Below are positions 17,301 to 25,464 of a stretch of 63,284 bases of DNA, piece by piece. The stretch's first letter is position 1. The number at the start of each line of letters is the position of its first letter. This stretch comes from Patescibacteria group bacterium. GTDB lineage: Bacteria > Patescibacteriota > Patescibacteriia > S139-126 > S139-133. Location of the stretch: assembly GCA_049604715.1 (NCBI GenBank), contig JBMYTV010000006.1, positions 1-63,284 on the forward strand. Reading direction: 5' to 3'. Position numbers and translations under genes: made by a program. Below the pieces are notes generated by a model. The model ran no database searches, was not told where the DNA came from, and saw only the letters and a list, made by a program, of their open reading frames with translations.

Positions 17301-20300
17301 CTATTTCATAGAAGCGGTAAGAACTATCGTTGTCATTGAACTCCAACTTATCACTATTAAACTGGACTTGGTAACCTTCTGAGTCACTTTTAAATGCTAC
17401 AGGTTCGATCGTTAACTTTGCATCTCCATTCCATTTTTTTATTGTTAACTCAGGAGCCAGGCCTAACTTTGACACATTACCAACCGAAACTTGAATTGTA
17501 TCATCTATTGGATTCTTTAATGCTAACAGTCTGCCGTCATAGGAGAACCTACTAACAAAGTAATTGTTCTGAGAGTACCCATCTAACACACTTACTTGAG
17601 ACTGCGGCACTAAGAAGATAAGCTCATCATCTTGAGTGGACACAGGAGAATGATTGGCAATACTAACACTCGGCGCTAAAGCAGGCGTCATTGCTGTCGA
17701 CAATGATGCCATTGCCATCTCCATTCCACTTAAGGATGTAACTTTGTGTTTCAGTCTGTAAAGCTCATCTTTATCATAGGTGTTTGTTGTAGCAGTGCCA
17801 TTGGCATTATCCTGATATGTGATTTGTCCCAGTGGTGAATAGTCAAAATCTTCTACCACATTACTCCATGCTGAACCACTGTCAGAGCGCCACTGAATTG
17901 TCTCTGCAAGCCCTGTATTGTTATACGTATACTTCACACTACTACCATCTGGGTAATCAAGCTGAGTGATATTACCTAACCGGTCATAATTATACCCTGT
18001 ATCATATGAGCTGCCATCAATAGTCTTTACTTCTTCTGTTACACGGCTCATTGGATCATACATAAAGTTAACCACAGCTGCTGTTGATGTAGCACTACAG
18101 AGTAAGCCTTCGCCATACTGACACCAGTCATATCCATACGCTACTTCTGTACCTGCTTCACCTGTATAATTTTCTGTTAAGACGCGGTTTATATCATCAT
18201 ACGTGTAGTTAATTGTTTGGCTTTTTGGATCTAGTTTTGAGGTTAGATTGCTAGAATTGTCATATCCATACGTCCAAGTACCATAGTAACTGTCAGCTGA
18301 AGCATGTGAGTCTTGGGCTGTTTTGAGTCGTCCTAAACCATCATACGTAAAGTTGCGAACATTACTTGCAGCATCAGTGATTTTGGTAAGATTTTGTAGT
18401 CCATTCCATTCATAATTTGTAGTATAGGTACTGACGCCTTCATGTTCTTCTACTTTTATAAGGTTTTGATACGCATCATGGTGAAGATCTTTAGTATTAC
18501 TTTCAGTATCAGTTATGGCTGTCTCCCATTGATCATACGCATATGAAGTGGTTCCAACTGCATTGACTACTGTTTTAATTCTTTCTAACGCATCGTACGT
18601 GTAACTGGTTAACATATCTGCGGTCGTTGTTGCGGTAGTACGACTGGTACCGGTACTAAAATATGGCAAACTTTCAGATTTAACTTGTCCTTTCTTAGTG
18701 TACGTATAGTCTTGAGCTGCGTATGTATTGGCAGCTTCCACCTGACTTCGTGTCTGCACTGGCCTATCAAAACCATCAAGGTACGTATACTGCGTAGTTG
18801 TATCTGTACCATTACGATAATTAGTTTGCTCAATCACACGTGGGTTCGTACCATCTGTATAAGTATATGTTGTTACTGTTTCAAGTGTACTTGGCGTATC
18901 TGTATTTGGCTGTTTTTGTTCTTTGACACGATCAAGTGCATCAAAGCTTGTGGTAAAGCTATGGCCATTTGCATTTATAACCTTCTTTGGCTGACCGAGT
19001 GAGTAGTCGTAATAAAACTCTTGTGTCTGACTAAGTGGATTAGTTGAAGTTGCAACAAAGAGATCGTACTGATCATACGTATAGTTTGTAGCCTTATCTC
19101 GTGGATCTTTTTCTTGGGTTACTAAACCATAGTTATTATATGTTTTTTCGGTATCAATGTATGTCGTACTTTCTACCCAGCGCTCTTGTTTTGTTTCATT
19201 TCCTTTGTCTACATTTCCATGTGAAAGGTTATCATAATAGTACTTAGTTTCTGCGACTTTGTTACTACTTTGATCTTCTAGTGTCTCTGTCTTAGGTAAT
19301 CCTAGGATATATGGTGTTGAACTAGCTGCATAGGCAATAGTAGTAGTGAATTTATCTGTACCAGTATCTGTATATGTGCCGTTATCTAATCCTGTCACTT
19401 CACCATACGTGACTTGTGAAGTAAGGTTACCATTGGTGTTGTCATACGAATATGTAATTGCTGTATCTTTATGATCTGCATCACCATCATAGAGGAAGCT
19501 CACTTCTTGCGTTTTCTTCACAAAGTCGGCATCACTACCAAGATCGTAGTTTTCCCATTTGTATATAGACTTTTCGTATAAATTGTCACTATCATCATAC
19601 TTTTCTACCCGATACACTTTTCCTATTTTTGATCTATCGTCGCTATATTCTCCTGTAGAGGTAGCGGTGTCATTGCCTTGATGGTAGAAAGTCTTGGTGA
19701 TATTGCCGTTTGGATCAGTGGTTATTACCTCTTCAAAACCACCAAATTGCTTCTCGTACGGACTTTCAAAGTAATAATACCCACCTGCGTATTCATAGGT
19801 TGTGGTAGCATAATTACCAAGTCCGTCATCCACAGTATTCGTGTATACCGTGAAAAACATCTGCGGCATATTAGTGTTTAGCACATCACCTGAACCATCC
19901 CGATATGTTGGTACTGACTTATACTGAACATCAAAAGCAAGGCTGCTACTTTCCTCTACTTCTTTGAGTAAATCAGCTGGGTTTGGTTTACCATGGTAAA
20001 CCTCCTTATATATGTCATGACCTGTGTCCATGCTCCTTAAAAAGTCAACCAAGCCATCGCCATTTACGTCAACAATTCTCGTGCCAACATCCTTATTTGA
20101 CTCTACAATATACTCTGGAATTGAATACCCTGTATCTTGTGCCCAACCTGTACCATCTCCTTTGTTGATATAAACTTTTTTCGTTGCAGTACTGTTTATA
20201 TAGCTACTACGTATGATGTCAACCAAGCCATCGCCGTTAATATCATAAAGACGCACTCCTATATCATCTCCATTTTCGCTGAAGTGTTCAGGTATAGAAT

Positions 20301-22104
20301 AATTCGAATCATAGACCCAACCTGTACCATCTCCTTTGTTGATATATGTCTTATCAACTGTTGAACCATTAAAATGCTCACGTAGTAAATCAACAAGACC
20401 GTCGCCATTCACATCTGCGAAACGAACACCTGCATCCTCACCTCCATTAATTATGTACTCAGGTATTGAATAATTTGTATCTTCTGTCCATCCTGTGCCG
20501 TCACCATCATTGATATAAACTTTCTTAATGCTCTCTCCTGAATCACTCCTGAGTATATCAACTAACCCGTCGCCATTAATATCAATTAGCACTATTCCTG
20601 CATCTTTAAAATCTTCAGGTATTGTGTAATTTGTATCTTCTGTCCATCCTGTGCCGTCTTTATCATTAATATAGACTTTATTCACACTAGCTGAAGTGTC
20701 TTTACGTAAGATATCCACAAAGCCATCGCCGTTTACATCTGCCAATCGTACGCCTAATGAAGTCCCGTTTCCACCTTCTACAAAATATTCAGGTATTGTG
20801 TAATTTGTATCTTCTGTCCATCCTGTTTCATCGCCATTATTTATATAAACATCCTTATAGTTTGTAGTATCATCATGGCTGCGGATTAAATCGATAAGAC
20901 CATCACCATTCAAATCAGCTAATCTTAAACCAAAATCTACCCCATTTCCATTTGTAAAAACTTCTGGAATAGTATATCCTGTTTGTTCCTCCCAAGAGGT
21001 ATCTTTAATATTGTAAGAAAAGTTATTGCTAGGCAACGTGAGGGTATTTGTTAATTCATCCTGACCTGACTCAGTAATGCTCGTTAGGATTGAAGAATAA
21101 CCATTATCACCTGTTCCGAATCCTAGAGCATATTTACGAATCCAGGTTCCATTCACTTTGATCTGAATTTCATCAATACGATAGCTCGTAGTTACTGCAA
21201 AGCCTGTATCATACCTAGTAGCATCATCTGTACGTGATTCTCTTATAAATTCAACTGTATAAATACCATCAGTTGTACCGTGTCCTGTATACGTAATTTT
21301 ACTGGGATACACTTGATTACTATCGTGGTAGTATTCGTAGGAAATATAGTTGTCATTGGTGTCTCTTACTTCTTCTAGCAGCCACTTAAATGTACTCGTA
21401 CTGTAGTATTGCCGTGTACTGGTGCTTGCTCCAAATGTATAAACAGTACCGAGTTTATCAGTTACCGTCCAAGTATTATGATAAAATTCGTATTTAAGAA
21501 AATTGCCGTTATTCACCTTAGCTTGAAACTCTCCAGCTGTAGTCGTTGTTGCAAGTTCTCCTGAAAGTGATGAGTAAAAATATAAATCATCATCATACAG
21601 TTTATCTACGCCGTATTTGTTCAAGCGTTCGATAAATGGAATATTGAGCGTCCAGCCGTATCCAAAAACACTACTATGATCACCTCGGTGACTATGGTAA
21701 TTAATCGCCAGATCAGGCTGCATGTTATTACGTCCTGGAGGGATAATGAGCGGAAACTGGTATAAAAGAGCACCTGATGTCTCATCAGTCGATAATCGCA
21801 ACTGTGAAAAACCAGGACTTTCAATATCACCAACTCCTTGTTCCCCAAAGGACATAAGCGCCTGAGCGCCTTCTGGTTGAAGTTCTTGAGTATCAGCTAC
21901 TTCTGTTAACTCTTCGTTCTCTGGCTCTAAAGCAACTTCTGTATTTTCTTTTACTGTTGTGCTCTCAGAGTTTGATGCAGCTTCTGTGGTAATCGCTTCC
22001 TGACTTACTGTTTCTTCAGCAGCCAAGAGCAGTCCTGGCTGACCTAAGACAAACAAAAAAACCACCACCAAAAGTGCTAGCTTGTTGAACTTTTTTGTAT
22101 ACAT
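14350..22104 (-). CDS. secreted giant polymorphic toxin: SpvB-like domain + FG-GAP/VCBS repeats + RHS/YD-repeat shell + Rhs core + C-terminal toxin (TcB-TcC fusion-like)
   Basis: Signal peptide (KLALLVVVFLFVLGQPGLLLAAE). SpvB/TcB-type N-terminal motif (GALLYQFPLIIPPGRNNMQPDLAINYHS...GYGWTLNIP). Six 'NGDGLVD' FG-GAP-like repeats. Dozens of YD repeats (YTYDxxGRL type). Core end FTGHMYDSDTGLTYMNARYY...NPLYFVDPTGT at nt ~14980-15178. A 209-aa C-terminal domain follows. Confidence 0.9.
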   Translation of the reverse strand: MYTKKFNKLALLVVVFLFVLGQPGLLLAAEETVSQEAITTEAASNSESTTVKENTEVALEPENEELTEVADTQELQPEGAQALMSFGEQGVGDIESPGFSQLRLSTDETSGALLYQFPLIIPPGRNNMQPDLAINYHSHRGDHSSVFGYGWTLNIPFIERLNKYGVDKLYDDDLYFYSSLSGELATTTTAGEFQAKVNNGNFLKYEFYHNTWTVTDKLGTVYTFGASTSTRQYYSTSTFKWLLEEVRDTNDNYISYEYYHDSNQVYPSKITYTGHGTTDGIYTVEFIRESRTDDATRYDTGFAVTTSYRIDEIQIKVNGTWIRKYALGFGTGDNGYSSILTSITESGQDELTNTLTLPSNNFSYNIKDTSWEEQTGYTIPEVFTNGNGVDFGLRLADLNGDGLIDLIRSHDDTTNYKDVYINNGDETGWTEDTNYTIPEYFVEGGNGTSLGVRLADVNGDGFVDILRKDTSASVNKVYINDKDGTGWTEDTNYTIPEDFKDAGIVLIDINGDGLVDILRSDSGESIKKVYINDGDGTGWTEDTNYSIPEYIINGGEDAGVRFADVNGDGLVDLLREHFNGSTVDKTYINKGDGTGWVYDSNYSIPEHFSENGDDIGVRLYDINGDGLVDIIRSSYINSTATKKVYINKGDGTGWAQDTGYSIPEYIVESNKDVGTRIVDVNGDGLVDFLRSMDTGHDIYKEVYHGKPNPADLLKEVEESSSLAFDVQYKSVPTYRDGSGDVLNTNMPQMFFTVYTNTVDDGLGNYATTTYEYAGGYYYFESPYEKQFGGFEEVITTDPNGNITKTFYHQGNDTATSTGEYSDDRSKIGKVYRVEKYDDSDNLYEKSIYKWENYDLGSDADFVKKTQEVSFLYDGDADHKDTAITYSYDNTNGNLTSQVTYGEVTGLDNGTYTDTGTDKFTTTIAYAASSTPYILGLPKTETLEDQSSNKVAETKYYYDNLSHGNVDKGNETKQERWVESTTYIDTEKTYNNYGLVTQEKDPRDKATNYTYDQYDLFVATSTNPLSQTQEFYYDYSLGQPKKVINANGHSFTTSFDALDRVKEQKQPNTDTPSTLETVTTYTYTDGTNPRVIEQTNYRNGTDTTTQYTYLDGFDRPVQTRSQVEAANTYAAQDYTYTKKGQVKSESLPYFSTGTSRTTATTTADMLTSYTYDALERIKTVVNAVGTTSYAYDQWETAITDTESNTKDLHHDAYQNLIKVEEHEGVSTYTTNYEWNGLQNLTKITDAASNVRNFTYDGLGRLKTAQDSHASADSYYGTWTYGYDNSSNLTSKLDPKSQTINYTYDDINRVLTENYTGEAGTEVAYGYDWCQYGEGLLCSATSTAAVVNFMYDPMSRVTEEVKTIDGSSYDTGYNYDRLGNITQLDYPDGSSVKYTYNNTGLAETIQWRSDSGSAWSNVVEDFDYSPLGQITYQDNANGTATTNTYDKDELYRLKHKVTSLSGMEMAMASLSTAMTPALAPSVSIANHSPVSTQDDELIFLVPQSQVSVLDGYSQNNYFVSRFSYDGRLLALKNPIDDTIQVSVGNVSKLGLAPELTIKKWNGDAKLTIEPVAFKSDSEGYQVQFNSDKLEFNDNDSSYRFYEIEGTDQYPDGAFELDVVLSTKPKTNVFEFNISTHDLDFYYQPALDVQYAESSEFERCTETRCYKEGKVVEYRPENVVGSYAVYSSEYSGDYSKLNGKNYKSGKVLHIYRPKIKDSGGDWTWGELSIDESRNKLSVTVPEKFLEQAAYPVIVDPTFGYDTIGSSWGYAGDKIVGSKFAGASGTAESITVYGDLTVGGVNFKYGLYDATSGYDFEEQTAEASSISDEWLTLNLDSNVNITDTDYIVAIWGSETTDSISPKYDTGATNQGLYKYKTYTTNYPDPLSSPSLDNKKYSVYVTYSTSTVGNGNNVSSIQDISYDYDNVGNITQIVDTSDTQTYKTLDFGYDDLYRLTSASSTLATSTSPGDYSRTYTYNALGNITNKSDIGNYLYQGDQGTSKANPHAATSINGQTITYDDNGNMTSDGTQSFVWDYDNRLVEVGTLSASTSTDELFVYDDSLASGWEDWSWSSTVTYDSSEEVYDGNDSIKVVYNAAWAGLYMHTDDGVNIDDMERLRLAIHGGSTAGQEPEVRLYDDDDQPLGYIEVSDYTDGALDADTWYELDIPITEFNVGTSTIGGMTVVSDIASTMYVDKVRFAVDTPGVVTSTVASYGYDHAGQRALLVSNTATTTYVNQYYNTDGITKTKHIYAGPALIATVEYTDSTSTLYYIHTDHLGGSSVMTDSSGTIVGEHDYYPFGDLRINEQYTDFDEQRKFTGHMYDSDTGLTYMNARYYPGATGRFLSQDPAVIVLNRDLSNPQTLNSYSYVLNNPLYFVDPTGTTEREFWSGFVQGGAQTAWDNVVQTVQAVAHPVQTLRQIGDSISYFGDQWKGFIGDVANDPNKVFTEAAQGYAITASEFSQLSDYEQGLRGGQIGLGFGAMVVSGGRSVVMTPKQVLGSWRNVNKNSITETIKYHHRVHGAGRTISEYTQDGNSFYSKYKDQGRPHLLNNGETGLKIRVKENNYYGIYDSDGKQVSHGPINDDRSFSVE
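20030..20960 (-). repeat. intragenic tandem coding repeats (FG-GAP-like modules) with near-identical nucleotide stretches
   Basis: aggtattg(a/t)(a/g)taatttgtatcttctgtccatcctgt occurs at 20461-20500, 20617-20658 and 20791-20826. ccaacctgtaccatctcctttgttgatata occurs at ~20146 and ~20317. Confidence 0.8.
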
Positions 22105-22311
22105 AATTTATTCTTACAACAATACTTATAAAATAGGATAATACATCACTATTAGATAATCATTATACTGCTGTAAAAATAACCATTCAAGTAAATGGGT
22201 CGATTTTGTCCAAACTTTCTGGGGATAACATTTTTTTGTACTTATCCTAGCTACACAGAGGCAGGATTTTGTTGTATCGTTTGGTGGACAGATCCAAAAT
22301 TTTATCACACC

Positions 22312-24477
22312 CTACAAATCTGCGTCTCGCTGTTTAACTTTATCAACCTCAACTCGTATAGCTTCAGCTTCTTGCAAACGACCCGCGCCCTCATATGCAT
22401 CAGCTAGCAGTGGCCAGTAGTTTGCGTTGTTTGGGTTATCATTTACAAGCTCCTCAAATACAGCTATAGCATTATCCCAATCACGAGCCTGAATATATAA
22501 CGACCCAACTGTTGTTTTTTGATCATTTTTCAAAACATCCCAGTGTGTATTTAAGACATCATCAGCAAGCTCAAGTGCCAGCTCATACTCACCCATTTGA
22601 TTCAGCTTCGTAACTACAGCCATAACTGTCTTTACACGTGTTGGCGCCAATTCAACTACTGTTTTATAATGCTCTATCGCCTGCGCATTGCGATTTTGCA
22701 GCTGTACTATCTCACCTAGTTGTAAGTAAAGATCAGGACGGTTAGGACTCACCTCTATGGCACGCTCCATAAACTCTTCAGCACGCACTATATACTGCGG
22801 CCCAAGGGGACGTGCAATAAGATTGATATTACCACCAAACGCTATAAATCGTGCATCATGTGGGTGCTTCTCTATAACATCATCAGTTGCGTCAATTGTA
22901 AACAACACTGCCTCTGTTTTGAACTCATCAGATAAGTTTTTATCAAGCAAGTATGAATTAAGCGCAAGCTGCAACTGCATCACTATCTCTTTATTTCCAA
23001 AGCTTTCATACTCGACTGCTTCTTTCAAATACTCATACGACTGCTCAGGTAGCGCACTAATGCGTGCTAAACCTTGAATAGTTGCAAGGTTCGCCTTATA
23101 TCCAGGCAAGTTAATAACAACTGTTAAAACCACAGAAGCGATAAGTGCACCTACAAAAAAGATTGGCGCATCACTGGCACGGTAAGCTGTATTCGCAAAA
23201 CGTGTAGGCTCAGCTTCGTCGCGCGACTCCCTGGCTATTTCACGAGAAAATCCCAGCAGAATAAAGAATGGGATATAGGTATTGAGTGAGTCAAAAACAA
23301 ACTGGTTTTGTACCACATAAGCACTCCACAGCCCAAGTAATATACCAGCCACCAGTGTATCCTTGCGTCTGTATTGCCAAAATGCGTAAAATGGATAACC
23401 AATAACTGCTAAATACGCAAGTAGCCCAACCAGGCCGTTCATTGATAGCTGATCAAGTAAGTTGTTGTGCGCCCTATCCACCCACTCTTCACCAATGTCT
23501 ACTGTATAGTATTTGTTGTAAATTAGATGAAAATTTTCTTGCCCCCAACCAAACACAGGTTTTTCTTTAAATCCTTCAATTGCAAGTTTCCAAATATTTA
23601 AACGAGAATTAACTGTACCTTCATCAAGACGGATTGTTACTACACGATTCACAATTCCAATATTCTGCACTACAGCAGTATCGCGTAACATCCAAACACT
23701 TCCCGCAAGCAAAATAAGTGCCACGAGCAAGCCTGCTGCAATATTACGCTGCCTGGCTTCCTCAGCTTTTGATAAATACACTGTAGTAAGTGTTGCCACA
23801 AAGAACCCTATAATAAGACCAATAGCTGCGCCACGAGTCTCAGACAATACAAGCGCAATTGTTGATATAACTAAGCTAAGTCCAGCAACTATGCGCACCC
23901 AAGTGATGCGGTCACGGAAAATAAGGTAAAGCGCTATGCCCATATGCACAACCATATATGCACCAATATATGCAGCATTACCAAGTGTAGACTCAATACG
24001 TGCTTGCCGTGCCACTAGCGCAGTATCAACCCCAGCTGCCTGCATGATACCGTAGATAGCAACCAAAGCAGCTGGCACAAGCGAAACACGGAATAGCCAT
24101 ATCCACTCATCACGGGTGCGAAATACACTAACAATCAAAAAGTAGTAAACACCAAGATAAAGCCACGTTAGAATACCTTCCATGCGTTCATAGCCTGACC
24201 AAAAACTATTGTATAAATTCTCACCAAATAATCCTGATAGCACCTTAGCTAGGATAACTGCCAATACTGCAAAATGCAGCCATGATTTTTTTGGACGAAG
24301 CTCCTTATAATACACCCACAACACTGCGAGCACAGCTGCTGCAATTGCAAGCAGTATACGAAACGCATAATTACGCGGTGTAATAAACGGAAACACAAAG
24401 CTGCTATGCACAAATAGCGGCAGAAATAATGATGCGTAGACTAAAAACTGACCAGTTTGATAAATGAATTTCAACAT
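22312..24477 (-). CDS. polytopic membrane protein of the O-antigen ligase/Wzy-like type with a C-terminal TPR domain
   Basis: ~12 TM helices with a large loop (ETRGAAIGL motif region), then TPR-like repeats (LGEIVQLQNRNAQAIEHYKTVVELAP...). Confidence 0.6.
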   Translation of the reverse strand: MLKFIYQTGQFLVYASLFLPLFVHSSFVFPFITPRNYAFRILLAIAAAVLAVLWVYYKELRPKKSWLHFAVLAVILAKVLSGLFGENLYNSFWSGYERMEGILTWLYLGVYYFLIVSVFRTRDEWIWLFRVSLVPAALVAIYGIMQAAGVDTALVARQARIESTLGNAAYIGAYMVVHMGIALYLIFRDRITWVRIVAGLSLVISTIALVLSETRGAAIGLIIGFFVATLTTVYLSKAEEARQRNIAAGLLVALILLAGSVWMLRDTAVVQNIGIVNRVVTIRLDEGTVNSRLNIWKLAIEGFKEKPVFGWGQENFHLIYNKYYTVDIGEEWVDRAHNNLLDQLSMNGLVGLLAYLAVIGYPFYAFWQYRRKDTLVAGILLGLWSAYVVQNQFVFDSLNTYIPFFILLGFSREIARESRDEAEPTRFANTAYRASDAPIFFVGALIASVVLTVVINLPGYKANLATIQGLARISALPEQSYEYLKEAVEYESFGNKEIVMQLQLALNSYLLDKNLSDEFKTEAVLFTIDATDDVIEKHPHDARFIAFGGNINLIARPLGPQYIVRAEEFMERAIEVSPNRPDLYLQLGEIVQLQNRNAQAIEHYKTVVELAPTRVKTVMAVVTKLNQMGEYELALELADDVLNTHWDVLKNDQKTTVGSLYIQARDWDNAIAVFEELVNDNPNNANYWPLLADAYEGAGRLQEAEAIRVEVDKVKQRDADL

Positions 24478-24490
24478 GTGCTAAATATTA

Positions 24491-25234
24491 TTATAAATCT
24501 TGTTCAAGCTTTTCAATCTCTTCACCAATCGATTCTTTGATGCTTTTTACTTCTGACTTTTCATAGGCTTTTCTCCAGTATTCAAGTGCAGCTACTTTGT
24601 CATCTTTTTCTTCATCTAGGTAGTCAGCATATGCTGTCAGTAGGTCAATATGCTCATCTGTCTTAGCTAAACCTGTCTCAAATATAAGCTCAGCAATTGA
24701 TTTATCAAATGCAAACTTCACAATCAAATCCCCTAGGCCCAAATATGAATTTGGGTTATCATCATTGAGATCAATAGCAGTAGCATAGAGATATGCAGCA
24801 TCTAAATATTTCCCAGTTCTACGATTAATCTCTGCTTGATTAAGATGCAATGTTACATTTGTCGGATATATTTCAGCAGCGCGATCAAGTACTACTAAGG
24901 CTTCTTCGTGATTTCCAAGAGATGACTGCAGGGTTGCTTCTTGCAAATACGGCTCTATTGAACCACCATCTTGCTGCTCTTGCCAGAGTACAATGCCGTC
25001 TCTAATCTCTTGTTTCTTTTCTTCAGACAAATTGTATATCACAGTAACATTATCTTCATCATTTGCAATATACGAAGCAAAGTCAATAGCGCTCATACCT
25101 TCCTCTGTTATCACAATATCGTCTGATTGTTCTTGTTCAGGTGCCTGTACCTCCTGTCGCTGCATCATAATAAGCGCTCCAGCAACAAATAGCACGATCA
25201 AAATGCCAATTATAATACTAATCTTTTTTTGCAT
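24491..25234 (-). CDS. membrane-anchored TPR-repeat protein
   Basis: N-terminal TM helix and TPR-like repeats (LGNHEEALVVLDRAAEIYP...). Confidence 0.55.
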   Translation of the reverse strand: MQKKISIIIGILIVLFVAGALIMMQRQEVQAPEQEQSDDIVITEEGMSAIDFASYIANDEDNVTVIYNLSEEKKQEIRDGIVLWQEQQDGGSIEPYLQEATLQSSLGNHEEALVVLDRAAEIYPTNVTLHLNQAEINRRTGKYLDAAYLYATAIDLNDDNPNSYLGLGDLIVKFAFDKSIAELIFETGLAKTDEHIDLLTAYADYLDEEKDDKVAALEYWRKAYEKSEVKSIKESIGEEIEKLEQDL

Positions 25235-25380
25235 AGTTTTCTAGTTAATTACTTATATCTTAGCAAAGAAAATTCATTTTGTACATTAGAGTGTCTTTCT
25301 TTTTATGTTAATGATTGATTAGTCATATACAAAAAATATATCCTTTTATAACTAAAAGGATGGCAGGAAATATTATACAA

Positions 25381-25412
25381 AACCAAAACCCCGCACCACT
25401 AAGGGTGCGGGG
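25381..25412 (-). terminator. rho-independent terminator of the surface-protein gene
   Basis: Stem ccccgcacc/ggtgcgggg (25389-25412). The plus-strand run aaccaaaa upstream gives uuuugguu after the stem on the minus strand. Confidence 0.7.
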
Positions 25413-25464
25413 TTGGTTGATAGTTTTTACACTATCGATCTAGCTCTTCTTAAAGAGACCCTGC

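Noticed and set aside
16595-19002. Several 70-105-aa ORFs on the + strand inside the rhs gene (and similar antisense ORFs inside most other large genes, e.g. 40678..41184, 51354..51785, 22757..23077)
   Set aside because: They lie fully within, and antisense to or out of frame with, long ORFs that carry clear domain signatures. They have low-complexity translations. These are typical shadow ORFs.
20030-20960. Regularly spaced 30-40 nt repeats that could superficially look like a CRISPR array
   Set aside because: They lie in frame inside the 2584-aa ORF and encode the FG-GAP-like protein modules. The 'spacers' are also homologous to each other. No cas genes are present.
22105-22311. tRNA or att site marking the right boundary of the accessory island
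   Set aside because: No tRNA-like cloverleaf and no repeat matching the left part of the island could be found in this gap. The boundary is inferred only from the change in gene content.
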